Origin: Nanobdellota archaeon
GTDB taxonomy: Archaea > Nanobdellota > Nanobdellia > Woesearchaeales > JAHJEM01
Assembly (NCBI GenBank): GCA_018825425.1
Contig: JAHJEM010000063.1
Location: forward strand, 1-58,011
Length of the DNA: 58,011 bases
Direction of reading: 5' to 3'
The notes under the pieces were generated by a model that was given only the letters and a program-made list of their open reading frames with translations, made no database searches and had not been told where the DNA came from. Position numbers and translations under genes: made by a program. Each line of letters starts with the position of its first letter. Positions within the stretch are counted from its first letter, which is position 1. Below are positions 8,264 to 16,784 of the stretch, piece after piece.

Positions 8264-8917
8264 TTAGTACGATGGTTCGATGGTTCTCACAATTGCATCG
8301 TATTGTGCTTCACCCATTATTTCTTTGTACACTTTTGGAGGCCTTGTGAAAGTAGGCGTGCCAATTTGTTGTCCTGATTCGATTGCCTTCTCCAGATTAG
8401 GTATGCCTGGTGTTTCATTACTTCCAGACACAACATATTCAAGTCTTTCAACAACCGACAAAAGAGCATTGAGCATAATTAATCTTGGTTTTTCACCGCC
8501 AGGAAATCTAACATAATATTCCTTTCTAAGAAATGCCTTATCGCTTGTTCCCACATCGAAAGGAATTTCAGCCACAACTGCAGGATGTGAATTTCCGTTG
8601 ATCTGAAATTGACTGAATTGCATATTATGATAGGGTACACCATCCATTCCACACATCTGACCATGAAACACAAGGTAGAATTGAAATGACTTATCTGATT
8701 CTTTAGGATCTAATGGAGCCCATCTATAATGTATCTCTGCATTGTCAGGACCATAAACTGTGTCAAATCTGCTTGATTGATTAGCATTCATCCTTGCAGC
8801 CCATCGATTAAGACCTGCAAGTAGACCTATTCCTTCCACTTCTCTTGGGATTCTCTTCTTGGCCCAACCATCTGGCAATTGCAATCTGAATCCCCTCTTT
8901 TTATCTTCGTGAATCAT
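8264..8917 (-). CDS. hypothetical protein
   Basis: 217-aa ORF with non-repetitive composition. No motif recognised. Confidence 0.55.
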   Translation of the reverse strand: MIHEDKKRGFRLQLPDGWAKKRIPREVEGIGLLAGLNRWAARMNANQSSRFDTVYGPDNAEIHYRWAPLDPKESDKSFQFYLVFHGQMCGMDGVPYHNMQFSQFQINGNSHPAVVAEIPFDVGTSDKAFLRKEYYVRFPGGEKPRLIMLNALLSVVERLEYVVSGSNETPGIPNLEKAIESGQQIGTPTFTRPPKVYKEIMGEAQYDAIVRTIEPSY

Positions 8918-8970
8918 AAAACCAGGAAACCGTCATGAAATATATAAATATATGCTAACTTATCACAACC

Positions 8971-8978
8971 TTTAAAAA
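8971..8978 (+). promoter_or_regulatory. TATA box (TTTAAAAA) for leaderless rps19e
   Basis: Centred ~26 nt upstream of ATG 9001. Confidence 0.55.
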
Positions 8979-9000
8979 GGTCTCACATTTCCTGCAACCC

Positions 9001-9393
9001 ATGAAAAAGGCATCTGAAGCTCAGATAACAGAGAATGCAGCCAAAAAGCTGAAATCTTTATTGGAAAAGCCAGAGTGGGCTAACTTTGTAAAGACTGGAA
9101 TGCATAAAGAACGACCTCCTGAACATGAAGACTGGTGGTATTTGAGAGCTGCTTCAATACTTAGACGAATCAATACTCTTGGTCCAATTGGTGTGTCCAA
9201 ACTTAGAGCTAAATATGGCGGTAAGAAGAACCGAGGCGTAAAGAAAGAACACACGTATAGAGGAAGTGGCAAAATCATAAGAACTCTTGTCCAGGATCTT
9301 GAGAAGAAAGGCTTTGTTGAAAAGGCAAAGGCTCCAGCGACTGGAAGGATAATCACAGTAAAAGGTAAAGAAATCTTATTCAAAGGTCTATAG
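9001..9393 (+). CDS. rps19e: 30S ribosomal protein eS19
   Basis: PEWANFVKTGMHKERPP..EDWWYLRAASILRR...YGGKKNRG is the eS19 signature. Confidence 0.92.
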   Translation: MKKASEAQITENAAKKLKSLLEKPEWANFVKTGMHKERPPEHEDWWYLRAASILRRINTLGPIGVSKLRAKYGGKKNRGVKKEHTYRGSGKIIRTLVQDLEKKGFVEKAKAPATGRIITVKGKEILFKGL

Positions 9394-9394
9394 A

Positions 9395-9568
9395 ATGGCA
9401 ACTTACAAACATAAAAGCAGGAAGAAAAGACTTATTAAGATCGGAAAGCTTTGTAAATGGGCGCCGTTCTGGACTGTTCCTAAAAAATATGGAAAAGGCA
9501 GAAGAGTTCATCCTGGAAGACATACTGTTCTAAAGCGAAGTTGGAGACGTACTAAGAGCAAACAATAA
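9395..9568 (+). CDS. rpl39e: 50S ribosomal protein eL39; absent from the ORF track
   Basis: Hand translation gives MATYKHKSRKKRLIKIGKLCKWAPFWTVPKKYGKGRRVHPGRHTVLKRSWRRTKSKQ (57 aa). Sits between rps19e and rpl31e, as is usual in archaea. Confidence 0.85.
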   Translation: MATYKHKSRKKRLIKIGKLCKWAPFWTVPKKYGKGRRVHPGRHTVLKRSWRRTKSKQ

Positions 9569-9570
9569 AA

Positions 9571-10071
9571 ATGGCAACTGTTCAAAGAACCTATATTGTA
9601 CCTTTAAGAAAAGGATATGCTAATCATGCTAATTGGAAGAGATCAAAAAAAGCAGTTACCGTATTAAAATCATTTCTAGTTAGACATACTAAACGAGAAG
9701 ACATAAAGATTGGTGGCCATCTCAACGAGTATCTTTGGAAACATGGTATAAAGAATCCTCCTGGCAAAGTCAAAGTGGATGTATGGATCAAGGATGAATA
9801 TGCTGAAGCTGAACTTTCAGGTTTCTCTTTCAAAGGAGCAGCCAAGATAGAGAAGAAGAAAGAAGAAGGCGGACTAAAGGATAAGCTCGCAAAGAAGCTT
9901 GGTGTAGACAAGGAAGAAGATAAGGATAGTAAAGATAATAAAGATACCAAGAAGGAAGAGAAGACAGATAAGAAAGACGCCAAGCCTGCAAAAGAAGATA
10001 AGAAAGAAGTGAAGACAGAGAAAAAGGAAGCTAAGAAAGAAACTCCTATTAAGAAAGAAGAGAAAAAGTAG
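9571..10071 (+). CDS. rpl31e: 50S ribosomal protein eL31 with a ~75-aa Lys/Glu-rich C-terminal tail
   Basis: The N-terminal ~90 aa (YIVPLRK...IKIGGHLNEYLWKHGIKNPPGKVKVDV) is eL31. The remainder is a KKEEK-type low-complexity tail. Confidence 0.88.
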   Translation: MATVQRTYIVPLRKGYANHANWKRSKKAVTVLKSFLVRHTKREDIKIGGHLNEYLWKHGIKNPPGKVKVDVWIKDEYAEAELSGFSFKGAAKIEKKKEEGGLKDKLAKKLGVDKEEDKDSKDNKDTKKEEKTDKKDAKPAKEDKKEVKTEKKEAKKETPIKKEEKK

Positions 10072-10076
10072 TAATT

Positions 10077-13076
10077 CTATTTTGCTTGATCTAGACGTAA
10101 CCAGAATTTATAGACTGTTAGAGTATTATTTGGACCCCAATCAGCAGCGTATAATATATCATCCTTTACACAAATGTGTTCCACATCAGGTATTTCTTCT
10201 GCAGGAATTACAATTCTCCCAGGACCAAAATCCCACTTTCTGACATTGATACCTGCATTGCTTGCACTGGTACGAATATACGCATAAAAATCAGGTCCAA
10301 TTCGGAACTGCGTGTTGTGACCATCTGTCCAGTAATGAGGTCTAAAAGAGGTGATATCCGCTGAGTCAAAAAGCCTTGCTTCACTTGAAATATCATAAAT
10401 AATGTATTTTCCCTGCGGACTTGTACCGATATACCAATAAGTATCATATAGCGTTTCCAAAAAATTCACATCATCTAGATTTGCTAAAGGTGCAGCAGCC
10501 AACCATTGCCTCTGCTGATCCAAGTTTTTAGTAGTCATTACCACATTATTGCCTGCTGCATAAGCAGTATGAACTCTTAATTCCAATTCTTCATTATATA
10601 CAACGTGTTCTGTCTCTTCTTCTGTAACAATATTTGTCAGTCCCAAACTACTATGTGCATTTGCTCCAACGATGATATCTCCAATTAGACTAATGTAGTT
10701 CACACCAAATTGGGTCAATACAGTTTTTTCGTGCAAATAATTGTCGGCATTAAATATAAGATACCGATCTGCAAAAACCTCATGCTGCACTATCCAATCT
10801 TGGTTAGCAGCAATTTTTATTCCATCTCTAGGATCATCTGCATCAATTCCAAGGTCAGACTGGCGAAGTGCCAAAACTCGGGTATAATTACCTATTGTAA
10901 TCCAGGAACCTGTTACCTCCAGCGTCTCAGTTTGTGAATTCCAGGTATCAAACTGTCTAGTCATCAATAGTACATACGGCGCTTCTCTAATTGTTAACTC
11001 AAAGCTATCAGGAACGCTATTGCATGCAACAGTTATTGTTTCAGTTCCTGAATATCCATCTTCAAGATCACTCAATACCAGATCATCGTTCTGGTCAACC
11101 CATATTCGGTAATGGTCATGTGAGGATTCAACTGTGAATATAAGTTCGCTATCGATATCACTGGCAAAATTCTTGAGATTATCAATAAATGCTACCGGCG
11201 GGATATTATATTTCAATGACTCATCAGGTAAAGGAACAGTCCAAACAGCCGCATCATCCACAGAATTAACATCCACTCTTATTGTTCCTGAATTAACACC
11301 ATTACAGGATAAGGAGAAAAATTTTGTTCCAAAATAATTATCATCTCTTGCTGTTAATTTGAGATCATCATTAATAATTGATAGTATAATTTCATTCAAA
11401 TCATATTCTGTGGTAAATACCAAGGGGCTATCTGGATCAATAACATAAGATGTAACATTTTCCAATACTGTTGTTCCTGGAGTGGTATCTTCATCAAAAT
11501 TTATGGTTGGAACAACACTCCATCTTGTTGGATCATCCTCTTCATGCACAATCACAGTTATGTCAGGACTTGCAACTCCATTGCAGGCTAGATTAAAAGT
11601 TTTTGTACCATACCAATTCTCTTGTAGATATGTAAGATACAAATCATCATTTCTTATCTCAAACCTTATCTCTCCCAAATCATAAGAATCGACCAACTCC
11701 AATGGACTATCAGGATCTGAAACATACTGGCTGACATAAGTCAACAGTATTGTCTCCAGATCTAAGTCTTCTGGTAATTGTATATTAGGTAGCGGCGTCC
11801 ATACCGCAGGCTCATCATCACCAGATACTGTGAGAGTAAAACTAGTTGGAATTGTATTCCCATCCACTATTACAGTCTCTGATCCATACCAATGCGGATC
11901 TAGATTTCTTACCTTAATATGCCCTCCTTCATAATATGCCTCAAAATGAGTATTATTACTGCTTACAGAGATGTCTTTTGGAGAATCAATGTCTGTCAAG
12001 AGATCATCTATGTTTGCATATGCAACGGTCCCATCAGATGAATTCTCTGCAATCTGTTGATCTATAAGGTCATCCCAAAATGCAGTATCATCAACAGACT
12101 GCACAGTCACATTAAGATCCGGACTTGGAACTCCATTACACACAAGATTCATTGACTTGGTCCCATAATAATTGTCAAGCCTATATGTTAACACTAGAGA
12201 ATCATTATCAACAACTTCAAACTTAACCTGACCCAAATCATACTCTGTCTGGAATACTAGATCAGTATCCTCATCCTGGACAAAAGTATCCAAATCCCTT
12301 GTGACCGTGGTTCCAACTGGAGTGTCTTCGTCAAACCATATTGCAGGTTGGCCGATCCATTCAGTAGGCGAATCCTCACCTTGTACATGGAGTGTGAATG
12401 ATGCGGGTACACCATTTGCCTCCAATTCAATTTCAATATCTCCAAAGTAATTGGGTTCAAGATTAAACCCTATTAGATCATTATTGCCACGCATAAAATC
12501 TAGTCTAGGGTGATTTGGCTGGGGGATGTGAACAGGATCATCTGGATCTTCAGCTAGAAGGAACAAGTTTGGGTAAATCACGAAATTACCTGTAGTATTC
12601 TCAGCAACATACTGATCTTCTAGATCTTGCCACACTGCAGGATCATCCCTGCAAGTTATGTTTAATGCAAACTTTGCAGCAGTATCATTGGCTCTCACTT
12701 CAATTGAGTCAGTACCACAGTGTTGTGCTTCCATATTCTTCAAGTAAAGACTGCTGTCTGCAAAGAACAATGTTCCATGTTGATATGGACCTGTTGAGAA
12801 TTCAGTCTCACCATCAAAGGTGATTCTGTTCTTGATTCCAGGATATACATTGATTGAATCTGTTCCACCTATTGTTCCATCAGTCTCTTCAATAGTCTGT
12901 TCCTGCAATGGTTCCCAAACAGGAACATGCTTTGCAAATGGTTCCAAAGGCTGCTCAGAACAAGACAATGAAAGAGTTAGAATACCTGCAGCAAGCAATC
13001 CTGCACCTGCTCTAATAATATTCCTAGGACTCTTGAATGCATTTACAGTTTTTGCAACAAGTGTGTCGAGGGTCAT
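10077..13076 (-). CDS. large secreted/lipid-anchored surface protein: seven ~92-aa repeats plus a ~300-aa C-terminal domain
   Basis: Signal peptide with lipobox-like LSLSC. Recurring module DDP.VW...[DE]....G.......D.DS.L.F.....L.......L.L......YYGT......CNGV.S. No known catalytic motif. Confidence 0.8.
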   Translation of the reverse strand: MTLDTLVAKTVNAFKSPRNIIRAGAGLLAAGILTLSLSCSEQPLEPFAKHVPVWEPLQEQTIEETDGTIGGTDSINVYPGIKNRITFDGETEFSTGPYQHGTLFFADSSLYLKNMEAQHCGTDSIEVRANDTAAKFALNITCRDDPAVWQDLEDQYVAENTTGNFVIYPNLFLLAEDPDDPVHIPQPNHPRLDFMRGNNDLIGFNLEPNYFGDIEIELEANGVPASFTLHVQGEDSPTEWIGQPAIWFDEDTPVGTTVTRDLDTFVQDEDTDLVFQTEYDLGQVKFEVVDNDSLVLTYRLDNYYGTKSMNLVCNGVPSPDLNVTVQSVDDTAFWDDLIDQQIAENSSDGTVAYANIDDLLTDIDSPKDISVSSNNTHFEAYYEGGHIKVRNLDPHWYGSETVIVDGNTIPTSFTLTVSGDDEPAVWTPLPNIQLPEDLDLETILLTYVSQYVSDPDSPLELVDSYDLGEIRFEIRNDDLYLTYLQENWYGTKTFNLACNGVASPDITVIVHEEDDPTRWSVVPTINFDEDTTPGTTVLENVTSYVIDPDSPLVFTTEYDLNEIILSIINDDLKLTARDDNYFGTKFFSLSCNGVNSGTIRVDVNSVDDAAVWTVPLPDESLKYNIPPVAFIDNLKNFASDIDSELIFTVESSHDHYRIWVDQNDDLVLSDLEDGYSGTETITVACNSVPDSFELTIREAPYVLLMTRQFDTWNSQTETLEVTGSWITIGNYTRVLALRQSDLGIDADDPRDGIKIAANQDWIVQHEVFADRYLIFNADNYLHEKTVLTQFGVNYISLIGDIIVGANAHSSLGLTNIVTEEETEHVVYNEELELRVHTAYAAGNNVVMTTKNLDQQRQWLAAAPLANLDDVNFLETLYDTYWYIGTSPQGKYIIYDISSEARLFDSADITSFRPHYWTDGHNTQFRIGPDFYAYIRTSASNAGINVRKWDFGPGRIVIPAEEIPDVEHICVKDDILYAADWGPNNTLTVYKFWLRLDQAK
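10986..12929 (-). repeat. in-frame tandem domain repeats (7 x ~92 aa) inside the 999-aa surface protein
   Basis: Repeat starts at about aa 50, 144, 234, 328, 419, 513 and 606, each opening with an acidic x-D-D-P/T-x-x-W motif and ending near CNGV. Confidence 0.7.
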
Positions 13077-14686
13077 TTTGTACCTATTCCAAATTCCAAT
13101 CTAAAGCCATCCTGTCTTTCGTTTTTAGATATCTGTTCTTGAGAAAACTTCATCCAATAACCTAATTCTGCTACAACGTCAAAAGGAAGATTAAAAGCTT
13201 GCAACTGTCCCTGTGCTTTGAAAGAGATAGCTATACCTGGTTCAAATTTGGCCTCTTTAATATGGATGGGTTCAAATGTCAGATTGGGTGACAGACTATC
13301 CGGCACACTACGAGAATATTCATATTGATTGTAAGACATCAAGAATGCGATACTCCCATAGAGATTACTTCTTCCCTTAGTAATATCTGCAATTCGAATA
13401 CTACCTCCAACTAAACCAATGTATATCTCAGACTCATAAGAGTGGTCCCACTCTGCAACAGGATCGTTTAGTCTATCCCTAACAGTTATATTCTCATGGA
13501 AAGAATATGTCAGAGGTAATAAATATCCTTTTCCAAAAACAGAAAAACCATGGTTAACATTGTAATCTACTCTTAACCAAGGAATCTCATTAAAAATATC
13601 TTCCATATTAACGCTTACATTTCCATTTCCCTCTGCGATCCAAGGATGGTCAATGCTATAAGCATCTTCAATTTCAGATATGCTGGAATTAATCTGTTCA
13701 GTAAGACCTTTAAATTCCTTGTTGAAAAAACCTAAGCTTACTCCCCCAGACAATACAACTCCTTTACCTAATCTTATACCTTTTCTCGTTTGTACACCGT
13801 TATCTGGTTCATTTGGCTTCAAAACTTTAACCTCAAAAACATTATATTCAATATTGTTTTTTGAATCTCTACAAAATGCATCAAACTTATATGTTCCTGG
13901 GTCATCAGGAATGGAAATCAATGCTGTTGGATCAATACTCCTGCTTTGTTCACCAGCAGGATTAATCGCACCAAAGACATAAGGCGGCACACCTCCTGTC
14001 GCCTCCCATTCTAAAGCCACTTTTAGAGGTGCAGGACCTGAATTTGGAACAGGAGTAACTGTAAACCTCAAAGGTTTCACAATCCTCTCCAATGTAAGTG
14101 TGCCATCTATGCAATCTTCAATGTCTTGGGTATGGCCATTTCCATTCAAAATAAAACCCAGATATGTTTCAAGGCTTGAATAATCAGTTTGAACACTCAA
14201 GTTTGTTGCAGGGACATTTCTTAATTGATTGCAGTCGAGATCTCCTTTACTTACCATCATGCAGGTTCCTGTCACCGGATCACATATCTTAAGGAGTTCT
14301 TGATCCATACGATATCTTTCAAACCAACTTTCAAATTTATCTGCTTCGGATTCCAATATTGTGTGTTTCTCAATGAGTTTTTCACCTTGCATGAACAATG
14401 CAACATTGCAACTGGGCTTATATCTGACATTATCAATATCAACCTGTTCATCAATCCCTTTGTCATGAAGATAAGTAAACGCAGATCCTGCCTCACGGAA
14501 GAATTGGACCATTGATCCCCCTTCCAAGCGCCAAAGATCAGGAGCTTTTTCTTCTTGTGCCTGAGGATCGATGTAATTATCTTGTGCATTGACTGACGGA
14601 AACAAGAAAGTTCCTGCTGCGAGAAGTGTAGCGATTCCTCTTCTAATGGGTGCATTAATCCTGTTAATTTTTTCAATTAGGTTCAT
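13073..14686 (-). CDS. secreted protein with a PKD-like Ig domain and a C-terminal beta-strand-rich region
   Basis: Signal peptide ATLLAAGTFLFPSVNAQ. PKD-like stretch VTPVPNSGPAPLKVALEWEATGG. The last ~235 aa show alternating hydrophobic/aromatic strands. 4-nt ATGA overlap with the downstream gene. Confidence 0.75.
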   Translation of the reverse strand: MNLIEKINRINAPIRRGIATLLAAGTFLFPSVNAQDNYIDPQAQEEKAPDLWRLEGGSMVQFFREAGSAFTYLHDKGIDEQVDIDNVRYKPSCNVALFMQGEKLIEKHTILESEADKFESWFERYRMDQELLKICDPVTGTCMMVSKGDLDCNQLRNVPATNLSVQTDYSSLETYLGFILNGNGHTQDIEDCIDGTLTLERIVKPLRFTVTPVPNSGPAPLKVALEWEATGGVPPYVFGAINPAGEQSRSIDPTALISIPDDPGTYKFDAFCRDSKNNIEYNVFEVKVLKPNEPDNGVQTRKGIRLGKGVVLSGGVSLGFFNKEFKGLTEQINSSISEIEDAYSIDHPWIAEGNGNVSVNMEDIFNEIPWLRVDYNVNHGFSVFGKGYLLPLTYSFHENITVRDRLNDPVAEWDHSYESEIYIGLVGGSIRIADITKGRSNLYGSIAFLMSYNQYEYSRSVPDSLSPNLTFEPIHIKEAKFEPGIAISFKAQGQLQAFNLPFDVVAELGYWMKFSQEQISKNERQDGFRLEFGIGTK

Positions 14687-15780
14687 TGTTTGTCCACGTA
14701 AGCCATGATTTCCACTCCCATCTTGACATCTTCACACACCATACCTTCCAATCTCAATAAATCGACATCATTTCGTCCGATAGGATTTTTCAACTGGCAC
14801 CTTGATCCTAGGAAATGACTCATGTTAGCCTCAAATTTTCCTGCTTTGTCACCAGGTACATCCAACACAAAAGCAACCTTACCATCCTTAACATACACTC
14901 CTTTATTACACTCAGGAAAATAAAACACTGCTGACTGCCGATATTGATATGCAGGATCCCCATTATTATCCTCTCCCATTTCGTATTCTGCTTGCGATAC
15001 AGTTGTTCTATTATCAATCGGACGGAAAATAGGATAGAAAATCTCAGTAGTATAGTTATCAAGAGGAAGTCCTCCTTTGATATGCCACACTAACCCAGTC
15101 ACATAGTCAAGTGTTCCTTGAACCTGCTGATTCATTGGTGTGTTGACAACATAAACATTTACTGTCTGATAAGTATTGTAATTATTTGTGACATCAATGT
15201 CAAAATTAAAGTTATAGTTATTGATCTCAAGTATTGCCAAATTTTTCTGGACAATATCAACTATCTCTTCCCTAGACATTTTCTTTGGAATAACATGTTT
15301 TGGTCGAGGTGGTCTCATGGGGATGGAAGGTGTAGGTTCGCTTGCAGCTTCCAATGCTTGCAATGATTTACTTGACTGTCTTCCTTGTTCACAGGCCTGC
15401 AATCCATTCTTGAATGCCTGATCCATAGTTGCTTCAAAATATACTACTTGGGGAGTATCATCATCCATTGGAGCTGTGCCAGCCACACATCGTCCATTTT
15501 CAAATATTGCCAATCTGTTACCTTTGCTATCATAAACCCATGTTGCATCAATATATTTTTCTCCAAAGTCTGATGTAGAAGGGAATGAATTCAAAAAGAT
15601 CTGCTTTGTGTCTGCATTCAAGGTCCAGTCCCTACCAGGTTCTTTGCATCCAGGATCCGCAGCCACTGCTTGTACCAGAAAAGTCAGACCTAATCCGACA
15701 TTGAATAGGGTGCGTACTCCTTTTTTCACAATCCCCTCAAGCTTACTCAGGACCATTGGCAATGGACCTCCATAATTCAA
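14683..15780 (-). CDS. secreted hypothetical protein
   Basis: N-terminal hydrophobic signal (NVGLGLTFLVQAVAA). 4-nt overlap with the next gene. The start may instead be the internal Met at 15756. Confidence 0.65.
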   Translation of the reverse strand: MNYGGPLPMVLSKLEGIVKKGVRTLFNVGLGLTFLVQAVAADPGCKEPGRDWTLNADTKQIFLNSFPSTSDFGEKYIDATWVYDSKGNRLAIFENGRCVAGTAPMDDDTPQVVYFEATMDQAFKNGLQACEQGRQSSKSLQALEAASEPTPSIPMRPPRPKHVIPKKMSREEIVDIVQKNLAILEINNYNFNFDIDVTNNYNTYQTVNVYVVNTPMNQQVQGTLDYVTGLVWHIKGGLPLDNYTTEIFYPIFRPIDNRTTVSQAEYEMGEDNNGDPAYQYRQSAVFYFPECNKGVYVKDGKVAFVLDVPGDKAGKFEANMSHFLGSRCQLKNPIGRNDVDLLRLEGMVCEDVKMGVEIMAYVDKQ

Positions 15781-16531
15781 GTTCTGTCTCTAAAGTCTCC
15801 TTATACTCTGGGTCTGCTATCTTGTAGGCATATTCAAAATCATCCACAGCTCCTAGCGTATCGCCCATTGTGGCTTTGACTCTTGCCATCTTGGCGTATG
15901 CTTCGGCACTTATAGGATCCACTTGAATATATGATTCATAAGCTTCTAAAGCATCTACCAGACAATCAGGTCTTTCGAAATAAGAGTCTGCCTGGCGCAT
16001 CAATGTAGGTTTGTGAGTTGGATGTATGTCCAATATTTCTGTTGCATACTTGTCCCCTGTGTCCCATACACCTGCTGAATACGCACGATTCAGCAGGATA
16101 TACATCTCGTCCAGAATAAAATTTGGCTCATCTTCTGCTCCAATAGGTGTATTGCCAACGATATTATCTAGAGGGTCATCTGCACCAATAGGAGCTTGAT
16201 TAATAATTGTATTATTAGTTTGTTTGGGCGCAGAATCCCATTTTGCGGATTGCCTAGAAGTAGGAAAAATAATATCATTCCAAGATAAATATGCCAAGGT
16301 TCCGACAACACCTATTGTTATACCAGCAGTCCACAAAAATCTTCTCAATCTTCGTTTTTTTGGAGGTGGTAGTGTATATGGTCTACTTAGCTTTCCTGAT
16401 TTTGGAGCACTCGCAGAAGTCTTTTTATCTTTCCCAGCACCGAGAAACATCTCTTCAAGGGTTTCAGGGAGAATATTGCCTTTTCTAGAAGATCCTTTTC
16501 CACTGTTCGTATCATCTTTATTACTGCCCAA
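15743..16531 (-). CDS. single-pass membrane protein with extracytoplasmic TPR-like repeats
   Basis: Basic N-terminus (PPPKKRRLRRF), TM helix LWTAGITIGVVGTLAYLSW, and C-terminal TPR-like helices (ALEAYESYIQVDPISAEAYAKMARVKATMGD...AVDDFEYAYKIADP). Confidence 0.7.
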   Translation of the reverse strand: MGSNKDDTNSGKGSSRKGNILPETLEEMFLGAGKDKKTSASAPKSGKLSRPYTLPPPKKRRLRRFLWTAGITIGVVGTLAYLSWNDIIFPTSRQSAKWDSAPKQTNNTIINQAPIGADDPLDNIVGNTPIGAEDEPNFILDEMYILLNRAYSAGVWDTGDKYATEILDIHPTHKPTLMRQADSYFERPDCLVDALEAYESYIQVDPISAEAYAKMARVKATMGDTLGAVDDFEYAYKIADPEYKETLETELELWRSIANGPE

Positions 16532-16747
16532 TAGTATCCCCCTAAAGAGTAGTAAAAGGTTGAATTTATATATACTTTTCTAAATTTCGTCGGAAATCTT
16601 CCATGTCACATATTGGAAAAAATTGAATTCAGATTACATAAATTCACACAATTTCCCAAATCCATGTAAAAACCCAATAATAAATATATTCTACAGAATA
16701 CAAATATATATAAATGAGTTCAGTTTAACCCCACTCTGTTGACTTTA

Positions 16748-16764
16748 AGTCAACGAAGAGATAT
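16748..16764. promoter_or_regulatory. perfect 17-bp palindrome GTTGACTT-T-AAGTCAAC upstream of hsp20 (candidate operator)
   Basis: Lies between an ATATATATAAAT box (16704-16715) and the GAGGTGG Shine-Dalgarno (16774-16780) of hsp20, roughly where transcription should start. Confidence 0.45.
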
Positions 16765-16784
16765 TCAAAATCGAGGTGGTATTC

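Noticed and set aside
9840-10071. AAG/GAA-rich repetitive DNA that could be mistaken for a microsatellite or spacer-repeat array
   Set aside because: It is in frame with rpl31e and encodes a Lys/Glu tail. It has no regular repeat-spacer periodicity, and no CRISPR-like array occurs anywhere in the window.
14272-14676. 134-aa ORF in another frame inside the 537-aa secreted-protein gene, plus the many other 60-160-aa antisense or alternate-frame ORFs (for example 2713-3180, 9021-9401, 9624-9983, 18383-18993, 28140-29111, 36206-37573, 42069-43983)
   Set aside because: All are nested within long ORFs that have strong homology or clear signal and domain structure. Their products are low-complexity and lack start signals.
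16748-16764. RNA-thermometer interpretation of the hsp20 upstream hairpin
   Set aside because: The stem (GTTGACT/AGTCAAC) does not sequester the GAGGTGG ribosome-binding site or the start codon, which lie 10-20 nt downstream. A DNA operator reading fits better.
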